DNA from: Tubiluchus corallicola
Lineage: Eukaryota; Animalia; Priapulida
Reading direction: 5' to 3'
Length of the DNA stretch: 31,685 nucleotides
Assembly: GCA_030141605.1 (NCBI GenBank)
Contig: JAQGDQ010001630.1
Coordinates: 1 to 31,685 of the forward strand
Below the pieces are notes generated by a model. It was given only the letters and a program-made list of their open reading frames with translations, ran no database searches and was not told the origin of the DNA. Positions 1 to 14,099 of this stretch are shown piece by piece (the first letter of the stretch is position 1; each line of letters starts with the position of its first letter). A program made the translations under genes and the position numbers.

Positions 1-1510
1 CGGGTAATCAACTCACGTCTCTATTCACTGAGAGAAATGTCGAGAGTAACTCACCGAAGCATTCACACTACACGGGTAATCAACTCACGTCTCTATTCAT
101 TGCGTGAAATGTCGAGAGTAACTCACCGAAGCATTCACACTACATGGGTAATCAACTCACGTCTCTATTCATTGCGTGAAATGTCGAGAGTAACTCACCG
201 AAGCATTCACACTACATGGGTAATCAACTCACGTCTCTATTCACTGCGAGAAATGTCGAGAGTAACTCACCGAAGCATTCACACTACACGGGTAATCAAC
301 TCACGTCTCTATTCACTGCGAGAAATGTCGAGAGTAACTCACCGAAGCATTCACACTACACGGGTAATCAACTCACATCTCTATTCATTGCGTGAAATGT
401 CGAGAGTAACTCACCGAAGCATTCACACTACACGGGTAATCAACTCACATATCTATTCTTTGCATGAAATGTCGAGAGTAACTCACCGAAGCATTCACAC
501 TACACGGGTAATCAACTCACGTCTCTATTCACTGTGAGAAATGTCGAGAGTAACTCACCGAAGCATTCACACTACACGGGTAATCAACTCACATCTCTAT
601 TCACTGCGAGAAATGACGAGAGTAACTCACCGAAGCATTCACACTACATGGGTAATCAACTCACATCTCTATTCACTGCGAGAAATGTCGAGAGTAACTC
701 ACCGAAGCATTCACATTACACGGGTAATCAACTCACATCTCTATTCATTGCGTGAAATGACGAGAGTAACTCACCGAAGCATTCACACTACACGGGTAAT
801 CAACTCACATCTCTATTCATTGCGAGAAATGTCGAGAGTAACTCACCGAAGCATTCACACTACACGGGTAATCAACTCACATCTCTATTCACTGCGAGAA
901 ATGTTGAGAGTAACTCACCGAAGCATTCACACTACACGGGTAATCAACTCACATCTCTATTCACTGCGAGAAATGACGAGAGTAACTCACCGAAGCATTC
1001 ACACTACACGGGTAATCAACTCACATCTCTATTCACTGCGAGAAATGTCGAGAGTAACTCACCGAAGCATTCACACTACACGGGTAATCAACTCACATCT
1101 CTATTCATTGCGCGAAATGACGAGAGTAACTCACCGAAGCATTCACACTACATGGGTAATCAACTCACATCTCTATTCATTGCGAGAAATGTCGAGAGTA
1201 ACTCACCGAAGCATTCACACTGCACGGGTAATCAACTCACATCTCTATTCATTGCGTGAAATGTTGAGAGTAACTCACCGAAGCATTCACACTACACGGG
1301 TAATGAACTCACATCTCTATTCATTGCGTGAAATGTCGAGAGTAACTCACCGAAGCATTCACACTACACGGGTAATCAACTCACATCTCTATTCACTGCG
1401 AGAAATGTTGAGAGTAACTCACCGAAGCATTCACACTACACGGGTAATCAACTCACATCTCTATTCACTGCGAGAAATGTTGAGAATAACTCACCGAAGC
1501 ATTCACACTA
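1..1510. repeat. 72-bp tandem minisatellite, ~21 copies, runs off the left edge
   Basis: Unit CGGGTAATCAACTCAC(G/A)TCTCTATTCA(C/T)TGCG(A/T)GAAATG(T/A)CGAGAGTAACTCACCGAAGCATTCACACTACA repeats head to tail. The 24-aa repeat ORFs are a by-product of the 72-bp period. Confidence 0.97.
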
Positions 1511-3682
1511 GACTGCAGCAACAGTCTGAGGAATTTGCAATTTCTTGCCTACATTAACTCGCAAAGCAGTTCACATTTGCGAGTTTGCTGTCAGAGAGAA
1601 TACTCGCGAACAGAAAACAGAAAATCTGAATTCGCCTTAACATTGGTCGTAAATTTATTGCTGACTAGCTTGGGTCTGCTAATCTTCAAGACCTTCTTAA
1701 CAACAGGGGCTACTCAATGTTGATGTTTACAGTGAGAAAAGAGCCTGACTCTTTATCAAGGATAATTTTCAAAGATGAGTCACTCGGTTAGTTTTTACAG
1801 GGCGTCCCTTAAAGTACCCCTCCCCTTCCAAATCAATTTAAATCACATTTTGGGCACATTGATGAAACTTTGTGAAGATGTTAACTAATAATATCAATAT
1901 CAGTTAAAGCAAAACCGGATCCAATGTTAAACTAACAGGTCAAAACATTCTACTCTTTAAAATATTGAAATCAAATATATTATTTTTTCAAGAATGACTT
2001 ACGTGAAAGAATTATTACCACACAAACACAATTTCGTGTTCGCGCCACTAGTTGTTCTTTGTTACATGCATTTCGCCATTCACTAGTTAGACGGGCAGTA
2101 TAGCGTATGCATTTTGAAAATGCATTGCACAAAAAGCAAGTGCTGTACCTCTCAGTACAGATGTGTTGGTTTTTGACGAACTACGCTCATGCGTGAGCAC
2201 AACGGTAAATTTGAAATTAGAATTTTTATCTTAAAACTTGCCTAGTTTTAGTACAACACACTGAATATCTTACAGTCAGTAGCACTGTACTTCAATTTTC
2301 GCTTTCGCAATAGAAAATACAAAAATAAATAGTTAATAACTTGAATTTACTTAGATACTAGCTGAGTAATGAGGAACAATGCAGGTAAAATTACATGCAG
2401 AGACTGAGATACATATAAAACTTTATGCACTACATGCAAATAGTTTTACTTAATGGACAAGAAAAGAGGTACCTGAAGTAGGTTTTAAAAACCTATATGG
2501 CTTTACAGCAATTGTATGCGTATATTGTACTTTGCGTTAAAAAGGAATTTTTGTTCGTTTTTGTTTTAAATGTCCCGCGTCACTGTTCCATTACATGACG
2601 TCACTTCCATTACTGTTCCTTTCCGACTTGTGCCATTACATGACGTCACCTACGCAAACGTTAATCTGGGGAAGAAGAGGAAATGTTAAATTATGTCCCA
2701 AAATACTTTCCATGCAAATCTATGTTACTTAGCATTTCATTTACCTGCTGGAAAGACTTATGTAACTAGAAATAATAATTTAAAATGTTCATGCCGATTG
2801 GTAAAATGTCGCTGACTCACCCTCCAGGCTGCGCCACTCGCTAACCAAAAAACTCATTATTAATCTTATTGAAAGATACAGTAATTTAAAACTTTAATTA
2901 GCTAGTAACATGTGTGCTGCAAATGCTCTGACTATTTTTTCAAACTTCACGCAATGTTATCTCAGTTTGCTCCAAATGAACCTGCCATTAAAATCTAATG
3001 GTCTTGCTTGGGTGTTTAAATTTACAAACTTTATACAGCATTACTGCAGACGCAAGCCCTGCGTGCAAAAAGGCAGCATGTAAGTGGTATAAAATTTCAA
3101 GACGAATTTTTTAAGCTTTACGTAATTGGAGAATTTTCTTGTGCTTTAAATAGTGTTTAACATTTTAAAGTTTTTAGTTTTTAGTTTTTAACATTTGCAA
3201 CTGCACAACAAGTATAATATGTGTGCTTGCATACCAAAACCGTCCATAAGTCGGTATAGTTAAAACTACGTTATGATGCTTCAAAGTAGAATAACCCAAA
3301 AATTTGGTGAAATGTCATTTTTTCGTATTTTGTAGAAACCAACGGCTAAATATATTGGACTTTTATATTCTAGCATCATATTATCAAGAAAGTGTTCAAA
3401 ACACACTAGAAATTTAATTTTTTAACTCCGTACATACTTTTCTGTCTAGAAACTAGTACTGCAATTGTGAAAAACTGCTATATTTTCAAACTCCGATAAC
3501 AGTTCCTGGAAGCAGCCATTTTGCTTCGGGTTTTCAGTTGCCAAGCCCAGATCTTGGGTCAGGAAGAGCCATCTACTCTAAAGCGCTTTTGCAAAGTCCG
3601 TAGCAACCAAAATTGCACGGTTGCTAAGTGCTTTGTAGAGACGCGACAAAAAACAATGGCTGACTTCAAGTTCTTCAGTATA

Positions 3683-4708
3683 CAGCCTGCACCTCAACTT
3701 CAACGTTTATTATCTCAGCTTAGAAATAACATAGAGTGATGAACTTGGTATCAAAACGATCCCCAAGAAATGGAGATTCAGGATATGTGAATAACTAGAA
3801 TTTTGATATGCAAGCACACTTATATGGGCCTATACATTTGCGGTCTCAGGCCTCAAAGGCCTTCTGCGCTATTGTCGAATCAGTGTAACTTTCTTGTAAA
3901 AATTAGCACTCAAGCAAACACTGGAACGCGCGTATTGAAAAGAGAAGAATCAGCCATGTTCAAGGTTTTTTTTAAGATACTTCCCTTCCCTTTTTCCACG
4001 TTATTCATTATTTGAATGTAATTGCGGAGGTGCCTGGGCGTGTGTCGCGGGTCTCGGTTTCTCTTTTTTATTTGTATATCCGTAACAACCGTTTCCTAAA
4101 GGTCTAACTGCATAACTGATAATTTGTTTGTCTAGCTCCCGCTATGTGTTACCTTAATAAACTAAGCAAATACACCATAGCGGTACTTAACCGACACACT
4201 ACGTTGCCCATCGTTGACATTGTAAAGGACCTTGGACCTCGGATGCCTTTCCAAAAAAATGAACCTCAAGTCATAAGAACTAACGTTTTAGCATTGACAA
4301 TGAGAAAGCGAAATTTGTCTGCTGAAAGTTTACAGTTATTTTTGACAAGTTTTTTTTTACCGGGTTATCAAAAATCAATTAAGAAGACAGGCCTTGTTCA
4401 GTTAACTGTTGATACAGCTTACAGATTAGCTTTAAAAATAATATTTACAATTCTTAATCTCCTGTAATACTTGCTGACCTTAACACATTCGTACATGTTT
4501 GATTTTTTATCCTTCTTTCAATAAGAAACGCTTTTCAATTACAGGAAGGGATAACTTATTCAGCACTTTGGGTTTATGTTTTTCACTGTGCAGCCTGCAT
4601 CTCAACTTCAACGTGGATTATCTCAGCTTAGAAATAAGATAGTGTGATGAGTTTGGTATCAAAATGATCCTAATGAAATGGAGATTCATGATATGTGAAT
4701 AGCTAGAA
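3683..4708. repeat. Two dispersed ~118-bp direct repeats (3683-3800 and 4591-4708), probably fragments of a non-autonomous transposon
   Basis: CAGCCTGCA(C/T)CTCAACTTCAACG...TTGGTATCAAAA...GAAATGGAGATTCA.GATATGTGAATA.CTAGAA is present twice, 908 bp apart, with scattered substitutions. Confidence 0.85.
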
Positions 4709-4857
4709 AAGCTTAATTGCCCAACTTATGGGTGATTTTGCTATGCCGGCACACGTGTTATTACATTTTATAACTTAGCAGAACAAAGGGTAAATAAAAA
4801 ACTCATTAGTACTAGAAATCAATTTTAGTATGAACAATAGGAATTACCAAAGGCTTT

Positions 4858-5050
4858 AAAGGAAAGGATAAGTTATTTAGCATGTTGGGTTTATTTTACT
4901 GTTATCACTTAAACTGTTTGTGGTGTGCTAAAGGAAAGAACAAGTCATTTAGCTTGTTTGGTTTATTTTACTGTTATCACTTAAACTGTTTGTGGTGTGC
5001 TAAAGGAAAGAACAAGTCATTTAGCATGTTGGGTTGTTATCACTCAAACT
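4858..5050. repeat. Second, unrelated 72-bp tandem repeat (~2.6 copies)
   Basis: AAAGGAAAG..AAGT.ATTTAGC.TGTT.GGTTTATTTTACTGTTATCACTTAAACTGTTTGTGGTGTGCT starts at 4858, 4930 and 5002. A diverged partial copy lies near 4544-4590. Confidence 0.9.
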
Positions 5051-5649
5051 TAGGACAAAGAAATTTGTAAAAACTGTCATTGGTAGAGTTAGCTAATACT
5101 ATCTATACTGTATATAGGTTTTTAGGCGCGATGGTAGCTACCTTTCGCCTGAAAATTATGACGTAACTGGTGGACATCGTGACTTTTCGTAGGCGCATCA
5201 CAGTTTTCCGTAAACCTGAGCTGCTAAAACTAATAATACTTCTGCAGCTTACGTAACATTCACGCAGAAGTATCACAAAATTCGCTGTCTAATTTTTTGT
5301 AAAAACTTTTCATACTTTTGACGGAAATTGATGGTTCGCTGCTTTTTCAGCCTTGAACAACGTCATTGGTGGAAGAACGTGTGTTCAAAATGAGAGCACC
5401 CAAGGGTGAAATGATCTCGACGTTAAAGTGATTTACTAATCACACTTTTATTACAAAATTCTTCTAACATTTTTTGCGACCATTGAAATAACCTAACATC
5501 CCAGAAAGCTTGTCCTCTCCTTTAATTAAGAATGTTTCTCAATTTTAATTAAGTCATTAAGATAAATAATTAATATATCCCAACAAAAGAGTACACAACA
5601 ATTTAATGAATTTTAATATTACTAATCAACGTGCTGTGTTTTTGAAGGT

Positions 5650-6645
<996 letters not shown>

Positions 6646-6964
6646 GATGCCACATTTTATATTGGTACATTTTATTTTATACTAGAAGCTCTCTTCGCAA
6701 CATATTCAGCGGCTATCTAGTTGGCTAAAATTTTTCCCAATTTAGACTTGTATTTAATCCCGAACAACAATTTTGGCTTGATTACCATAGCAACAAGCAC
6801 TCATCGTGTTCTTACTAGTTAAATACTCAATAACTGCAGCAACAGTTTAAAAGTGCCTTTGATCCTTGTATTTTAAAAAAAGGTGATTTTTTATATCTAC
6901 TCATTCCTCAGATGAGATAGGTGAATGGCAATTGTAAAAAACTTATTAAAAGACATTTGAATTC

Positions 6965-8545
6965 CCTAATCTCTGGGTTTTTTTACTATGAATAAATACA
7001 AAAAATTCCACGCGTATGAAAGAATACAATCGCACACTGACTAAAAAGTGCATGAAAAAACACAGCAAAAAATTAGTGGCTACAATTTCAGAATATTACA
7101 GCTACAGAATTTTTTGATAATCTTTCTTACAATTGTGAAATTGAAGTTTAAGCAGGAAAAGAAATCGTCATCGAATAGAAGCAAAATTCGTAAACAAAGA
7201 AGTTTAAGAATGAACAAACATTTTACAACATAGAATAAAATAATCTTATAGAATAGAAAATATCTCTTTTTTTCTAATAAGTTTGCTGCTTCTCTTGCTA
7301 AATGCAAAACAAGCAGGTACAAAAAATTATAGCTAATTACTTAATGGGGGCTTAGACTTGGTATACGGATGTGAACTTTATAAATATTTCCATTTCATAA
7401 GTGCTTGTGGTGCGTTAGAAACTCTGAGCTTTCGCAAGCATTGAGGGAAAAGGCATCCATTTCTTCCCCGGGTGTACAGGAAAAGAAATCATCATTGAAT
7501 CGAAACAAAACTGACTTGTTTCACAACTGTATTTCAACATCAAATCAATGTGTTGTAAATAAATAAAAATTTAAGAATTTACAACATAGAATAAAATAGA
7601 TTACATCAGCTTTTTCTAATGATTTCCCTGTTTCTCTTGCTAAATACAAACAATGACTCCCCTACGTGAAAATGTCTGTGTAGTGATTCTACAAGCATTT
7701 GTGGTGTGTTAGAAACTGCGATTTTTTGTAATTATTACAATTTACAAACTAATTATGATGAAATTTTAATGTAAAAATGCACATAACATGCCGCGCATAT
7801 TAAATTCTAATTTCTGGGCTTTTACTATAAATAAATGCAAAAAATACCTGGTCTCTTTTTTCTAATGATTTTCCTGCTTCTCCTGCAAACGCTAAACAAG
7901 CAAGTACAAAAACAAATATTTTAATTAATTAACATTTGGGTTTATTAACCTTAATTATCCCATAGAAGACAGTCTGCGGTGGTGACTTTATAAGTACTTA
8001 GATTTTATAAGTGCTTGTGGTGCGTTAGAAAATGTGAGCTTTCGTAAGTATGGAATGAAAAGGCGTCCATTTCTTCTCCGGGTGTGCAATTTACAAATCA
8101 ATTTTGATAAAATTCTAATGAACAGATTCAGTAATGTAGATAACACGTCACGCATGCGCACACAGGGCTTCATAGTCTACAAGTCACAAGTCGTAACGCA
8201 AATTTAATTCTTAGTAACAACAGTAATTGTCATGATGAAAAATGATAAAATCAAGAGAATTTGATGTTTCAAAACACAATTTTTGTTTAACCTGAGGTGA
8301 AAGACTAAAAAAAAGGTTTCTCATACGATTACTAAATTCTCTAACCTCTGAGTTTTTCACTATGTATAAATACAAAAAATTCCACACGTGTAAAAGAACA
8401 CAATCGCACAGTCAGTAAAAAGTGCATGGAAAAATACAGCATAAAATTAGTGGCTACAATTTCAGCTACGGAATTTTTTGATAATCTTACTTACAATTGG
8501 GAAATTGAAGATTAAGCAGGAAAAGAAATCATCATCGAATAGAAT
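6965..8545. repeat. Mosaic of degenerate local direct duplications
   Basis: 6965-7180 resembles 8340-8545 (ATACAAAAAATTCCAC.CGT...AAATTAGTGGCTACAATTTCAG). 7397-7478 resembles 8007-8088 (ATAAGTGCTTGTGGTGCGTTAGAAA...CCGGGTGT.CA). TTTTTCTAAT.A.TT..CTG.TTCTC recurs near 7268, 7610 and 7856. Confidence 0.8.
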
Positions 8546-9347
8546 TGATTAATTTCAACGTCAAATCAAAATTATGCCACATTAAATGACCAACGAACTG
8601 ACGGACGAACGAACGATAAACGAACGAAAGAACAAATCAACGTTAAGAAATTTTTGTTCAAAAATATTATATAGATAAGAATGTGATGATCTTCTTATAA
8701 ACGCATTGAATAACAGTGACGCATTTTACACTTCAGACATAAGAGACCAATGGAGGAAATTGTTCTCTCTTTGCTTACTTTCTCTTCCTCTTTATACTTA
8801 CACTATGAAGACAGAGTAGAGTAAACAATCTTTACAACTTAAAAACAACTTCATTAGCATGACTTTGTGTTTAAACACTCAGCATTGTGGTATTAATGTT
8901 TTCACATATTTTTACAACACATCTGTAAAGTGAGAAAGTTCCAGGAACGTTTAGCTTGAGGTCTGATTCTTGCACGTGGGTCTTATAGTATTAATCACTA
9001 TTATAAGCAGGAGCAGTTTGTCCTGTTTGACCGCTAGGTGATGTGATTGATAAGCGGTTTCAGATAAATAGCTACAAATCTAACGTAATTGTAATATTTA
9101 TCATGGGGGTGTACGATTTGATGACCGGATTATTGTCTCTTCAAGGATAACTAGCGTAGAAATGGTATTTTTCAAAGTGTAAGAATAACTTGAAAGTTTG
9201 AATAATGAACTTTGTTACAGTGGATTCATAATGCCCAGCCACTGGCTCGCTGAATGTACAGGGTGGCCCCCAATTATTGTTGTTAATCGATGTTACACTG
9301 TACTTGTTCTACAGGTTACGTTTAGGCCTATGTACGTATAAATGCCT

Positions 9348-9617
<270 letters not shown>

Positions 9618-9968
9618 TGTTGTTGTCTGATCCAATCCTATAATAAGTTATGTTTAAACTAACTCATGTATGAAAGCCTTCCCTGGCTACGGGAGCTAAG
9701 CCGTGACGATATTGGCTATGACTTTTTAATAATCGTATCAACGTACGAACTCGTAATCAAAGTGAAATGCACCGCATTCTATCAAACCTCGATTAAGCAG
9801 CAAAAAACTACATCCAGGCATAATAACGATTACTCACTCGATAACTGCTGGCTGTAGACAAGAAGTTCTTTATGCAACTAGGAACGTGTTCTCGGCGAGG
9901 GAACGCTTGCCGCAACTCAGACGTGCCGATTTCTCACGATAAATTTACTCTGCTCAGGTAATCCCGTA

Positions 9969-10056
9969 ACTTCCTGTCTGGGTGTGGCCAGGTAAAAACG
10001 GATTTCAACCAAAAATGGAAGGGATTTGGGTCAACTTGTTTGATCCAGGTATAAAA
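9969..10056 (+). promoter_or_regulatory. Putative core promoter of the secreted-protein gene (TATA box; ETS- and KLF/SP-like motifs upstream)
   Basis: TATAAAA at 10050-10056 lies ~50 nt before a candidate donor (GAG|GTAGTT at 10109). ACTTCCTGT is at 9969-9977 and GGGTGTGGC at 9980-9988. Confidence 0.6.
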
Positions 10057-10079
10057 GTGCGGTGATGAACAGAGCAAGG

Positions 10080-10108
10080 TTTACCGGAACAGGTCGTGGC
10101 GTCTAGAG
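10080..10108 (+). other. Probable short non-coding exon 1 (start approximate)
   Basis: Lies ~25-30 nt after the TATA box and ends at donor AG|GTAGTT. A matching acceptor TTTTGTTTATTGCAG ends at 10285, 12 nt before the ATG. Confidence 0.5.
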
Positions 10109-10297
10109 GTAGTTATGAAATTTTCGAGTTTAAATCGCGATTTGTCAAAATTTGATGAAAGTAAATCTTCATACATTTGGTTTCGATACACCTGCTTACT
10201 GTTTTTGATAACTGATGACTCATTCACAATCAATTTGGATCAATTATAGTAGGAAATAATCGTTTTTTCGTTTTGTTTATTGCAGCAATCTTTAAAG

Positions 10298-10333
10298 ATG
10301 AGGTCGTTTGTGACGTTTCTACTTTTGGCTCAT
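10298..10333 (+). CDS. Coding exon 1 of 877-aa secreted acidic/His-Gly-Tyr repeat protein: MRSFVTFLLLAH (first part of signal peptide)
   Basis: AAAGATG start context and a strong donor CAT|GTAAGT at 10334, phase 0. Joined to the next exon it gives MRSFVTFLLLAHVTGMLA, a typical signal peptide. Confidence 0.85.
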
Positions 10334-10802
10334 GTAAGTTCAAACATTTTTAATTTATAATGTAGTAAACGCCATAGTAATTTACTTTAATGTAGTAATG
10401 TAGTAATTTAGTAATTACTACATTAGACTAATGTAGTAATTTAGTTTACGCGTTAATTATATAATTGGAAAGAAAAGCCTTGCAAGTTTGTCAGTTTTGC
10501 GTCTAGATATATCTCTTTTGTGAACTGTAAATTTTTTACCTTTTTTGTTTCTTTTTGCTATTTGAAATTTTATCTTGCAAATGTTGTTTTTCTGAACATT
10601 AAAATATTCTCTTTTCTCTTTTGTGTTTTCAACCATATATAATTATGTTTAATGTTTGACTATATTTAGGAACGACCGGTTTTTGTTTTTTGTTTTTTTT
10701 TCTGTTGTTGTATTTTTGTTTTTTGTATTTATGGACGCGCTTATGTATTTTTTAATAGTTGTGTTCTGCTGTCATTAGCGTCTTTTTGTTTACTGTCTTT
10801 CT

Positions 10803-11178
10803 GAGAAGGGTGGTTTGACTCGCTAACCTTTGGTTTTTCACCACCCTTTCTCCAATGTTCATTTGTATTTTTGTGTATTTTATTGTCAAATTATTGTAAA
10901 CTTATGCAGAAAAATAAAATTACTATAACTATTACTATTACTATTACTATTACTATTACTATTACTATTACTATTACTATTACTATTACTATTACTATTA
11001 CTATTACTATTACTATTACTATTACTATTACTATTACTATTACTATTACTATTACTATTACTATTACTATTACTATTACTATTACTATTACTATTACTAT
11101 TACTATTACTATTACTATTACTATTACTATTACTATTACTATTACTATTACTATTACTATTACTATTACTATTACTAT
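10803..11178 (+). mobile_element. Likely 3' end of a non-LTR retroelement: stem-loop, AATAAA and (ATTACT)n tail (microsatellite 10920-11178)
   Basis: GAGAAGGGTGGT (10803-10814) pairs with ACCACCCTTTCTC (10840-10852). It follows a T-rich UTR-like stretch and precedes AAATAAA and a hexamer microsatellite, the layout of L2/CR1-group 3' ends. Confidence 0.55.
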
Positions 11179-11694
11179 TGTGTAATTTTTGTATAGGTCT
11201 AATTTCGATTTTAAGACTATAGATTAATTGATAATAACTAACCTGCAATTACTGTTGCCTATTTGAAACCATACACAGGATAAAGTTGTGAAAGGGTGAC
11301 AGCCATAGATAAAATTTCTAATATTCTTATCTATGGTCGTAACGTCAGGCAGGAGTGAAAGGGAATTGTGATTTAATAAACGAAATTTCTAACCTGAAAC
11401 CCAAAGGTTTGAGGTTCAAATCTAAGTTGAGCTCTAGGCTATTACCAGCTTGGTTTCGAAGCTGGTATAAGTCGGTAGGAGTCTACTGTTAATGTTGTTT
11501 CAGACATTTATAGTATCATTAGACAACAAATTTTTGATAAAAAACAATGACAAGATTTATTTACTGTCGACAACATTAACACTAATGACTATTTAGCGGC
11601 TTATACAGTTAAACACACAAACATCGAATAACAAAACTTGTAGACGTTTAGGACTTTCTAGGCTGATAGTTCTGACCCGCCTGTCTCTATTCTT

Positions 11695-12225
11695 AATTTA
11701 TGAATTATGAATTTATTCCACAGCAACTCAAACATACACATAAATTGATATAACATTGAAAAAAATTATAAACTAAATGAGTTACTGTGAGGAGGAGGAA
11801 GGAGGATTGAACTTTCGAGTCCTCCTCCAGATAAGGGAAACAATTGACAATTAACATTACATTTTCATCAGTTATAATTTACATTAGAACAAAATAAGTT
11901 TTGTTAGTAACTTAAGATCAGGATGAGTAAAATTGTGAGTTAATTATACCGTTCTAGTAGGTAATTCTTTGATGCTCTTTTAAATTGATAAAGATTAAGA
12001 GTTTTCATTTCACGCGGAATTGATGACCATATTTTAATAGCATTACATTTTGATGACTGTTTCATTATATTTGTTTTTGGAAGAGGGAGTACATAGTTTC
12101 CGACAGAATATCTTGTGTAATGATCATGTTGATTTGAAACTGGACTAAAGTATGACTGAAAAGCTGGTGGAAGTAGTGAATTATGATACTGATACATGAA
12201 ATGAAGACTTCACTGATGTACAGAC
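11695..12225 (-). mobile_element. 5'-truncated LINE (CR1/L2 group) ORF2 C-terminus plus 3' UTR, intronic and antisense
   Basis: FMYQYHNSLLP...HDHYTR...LPLPKTN...IKIWSSIP...FKRASKNYLL matches the H-x-Y-x-TR / WNxLP / FK C-terminal pattern of these ORF2s. There is an apparent frameshift just before FMY, a UTR hairpin GGAGGA..TCCTCC near 11802-11826, and AATAAA near 11712-11717 on the minus strand. Confidence 0.85.
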
Positions 12226-12375
12226 TTGTGGTTATAAAGATAGTAATAACTGCACTGTAGCTGCACAGGTGCATGAATAATTCTCTGTTTTCGTTTATGT
12301 TTCCACGTGCATTGTATTTTAATAAGAAACCAGAGCATGGCTTCATTCGTAAAACTGCATACCTTCTGATTGCAG

Positions 12376-12857
12376 GTAACCGGGATGTTAGCCATGGGAC
12401 CTCCTGGATTTGCAGGTCGTCCTGGAAGGTTTGGGGACACCTCCGATCCGTTTGGGGGTGGCCTTCCTGGCCCCTCCTCTTTGGATGAAGGCGCAGCGGC
12501 GTCTCTTCCGGAGCACGTCCGCAACGAGGAAGACGCAGAGTACAGCTCCGACACCATCCATGGCGACATCAATGATGACGACGAAGATTACACCATCTTC
12601 CATCGAAGGCTCTACTACGACCTTCCAAATCGGGAGCGCTTCGGTTCCAGCTTCCGGACGGGCAACTACCGGGATTCGGACGACCGAATTTCGTTCGACA
12701 GTTTTCTGCGACAGACCCGCCTGGACAGTCCGGGACAGCCGGACCACCGGAACTACGAAAGAATTGTCGTGTTTGTCGACGAAGACGACGATAGTAACTT
12801 CAGAGATTCAGAGAAAGGTGAACATACTGTAGAGGAAACCGGGGACAACTTTGGAAC
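12376..12857 (+). CDS. Coding exon 2: end of signal peptide, Gly/Pro-rich then Asp/Glu/Arg-rich segment
   Basis: Acceptor CCTTCTGATTGCAG|GTA, phase 0. GC-richer open frame VTGMLAMGPPGFAGRPG...GDNFG. Donor AC|GTAAGT at 12858, phase 2. Confidence 0.92.
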
Positions 12858-13058
12858 GTAAGTGAAAGATACGCATCTTAGTTGATCAAAGTACTAACCA
12901 TAGAAGTGTTAGGGCACTGACAAGGATTCAACTATAGTTCAGCCAAATAGCTCATACTATTAGTATCCATCTCAAGCGCATCTTTTTTAACTTTGCACCA
13001 CTTGCAAATATTACAAGGGGCCACCATTTGAAATTACAAGTGAAAAAAGCTTACTTAA

Positions 13059-13473
13059 CCCTTTCAGTCCCAAATTATTGTTTTAATAAGAAAAATTTTT
13101 TGGCTTGATACTTTTGTTCCCAATGTATCCTGTGGGACACACAACATTCTTTGTCATGTGCAAAAAAACAAAGTCCGATTTTTTTAAAAACACAACAAAA
13201 GCATAAAATGTGCTTCATTCTGTAACTGCTGATAATTTCTTAAAGTATTTAAGACATTTAGTATGCATGCCTCTAAAGTACTGTACCTTGTGCAGTTTTT
13301 TATGTTATGTAGATTTTCTAGTTTGCCATTTTATCACCATTTTTAGTCTATTGTTATTGGTTGAAGCCAAAATAACTATTAACAGATCAAATAACTGTCA
13401 GTTTTAAAATGTTATTAATTTTAAAGGCAGAAAATATTCTCGTATCCCACGGGATACAACGGGTATGAAAGGG
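13059..13473. mobile_element. piggyBac-type MITE (415 bp)
   Basis: TTAA at 13055-13058 and 13474-13477. Termini CCCTTTCAGTCCC / GGGTATGAAAGGG. Asymmetrically placed subterminal inverted repeat TGTATCCTGTGGGACAC (~13124) vs GTATCCCACGGGATACA (~13442). Confidence 0.9.
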
Positions 13474-14099
13474 TTAATTGCAGCAAACATTTCTTCAGCA
13501 ACAGAGATGTAACTTTATAGATTAAACTTCCAACATATGTGAATGATGCTCCTACTGTAAATGCTGGCAACAGAAAATTGATTAAAAAAACTTCTATGTC
13601 ATGTTGATTTGAGCAAATTTCTCCTTTTTAACAGACACTTGTAAGTGGCTGTTTTAGTTCTTTGTGTTTTTACTGTAATCTTCTACTTATATTATTATCA
13701 TCACTTTGTTTTTATTTGCACTGTATTTGTAGTGGTCCTTCATTATTTTAATTCACTTTTCAACTGCCTTGTCACTCGTGTATTGCACGTTGAAGATTAC
13801 GAAATAAACTAAATAAAAATAAATAAGGTATGAAATTCAGAATATGCCACATGTGAATTTGTAATCAAAGTTGTGAACGAAATTGATACAAGTTTGAATA
13901 TTATATTAGTTTTACACAAACAGAACCGACTGTCTCTCTCTAGTAGCTGAGTCTCTACAGGTGAAGAGTTCTACCAGTTGGCCAACTGCTAACTGATTAA
14001 TGTTCTCCCATGTTTTTGTCAATTCTGTGCTAGTTGGGCAACCACAGTTAATGGTGTGTCAGCATTTTAAATCACATCTGCTGTCACTTTTTCATGAAT

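Noticed and set aside
37-1557. 166-aa and 338-aa repeat ORFs as real proteins
   Set aside because: They are a by-product of a 72-bp unit lacking stops in one frame. There is an in-frame TGA at 535-537, and several variants change residues non-conservatively (R/W, S/L/T).
1797-1825. Tc1/mariner-like end TACAGGGCGTCCC (similar TACAGGGTGGCCC near 9257)
   Set aside because: No matching inverted terminus was found.
11365-11470. tRNA gene or tRNA-derived SINE (GGTTCAAATC B-box-like motif, downstream hairpin TACCAGCTT/AAGCTGGTA)
   Set aside because: No cloverleaf or clear A-box; at most a decayed SINE head.
13620-13830. Another LINE-like 3' end (hairpin TTCAAC..GTTGAA then AATAAA-rich tail)
   Set aside because: Plausible, but with no coding remnant to support it.
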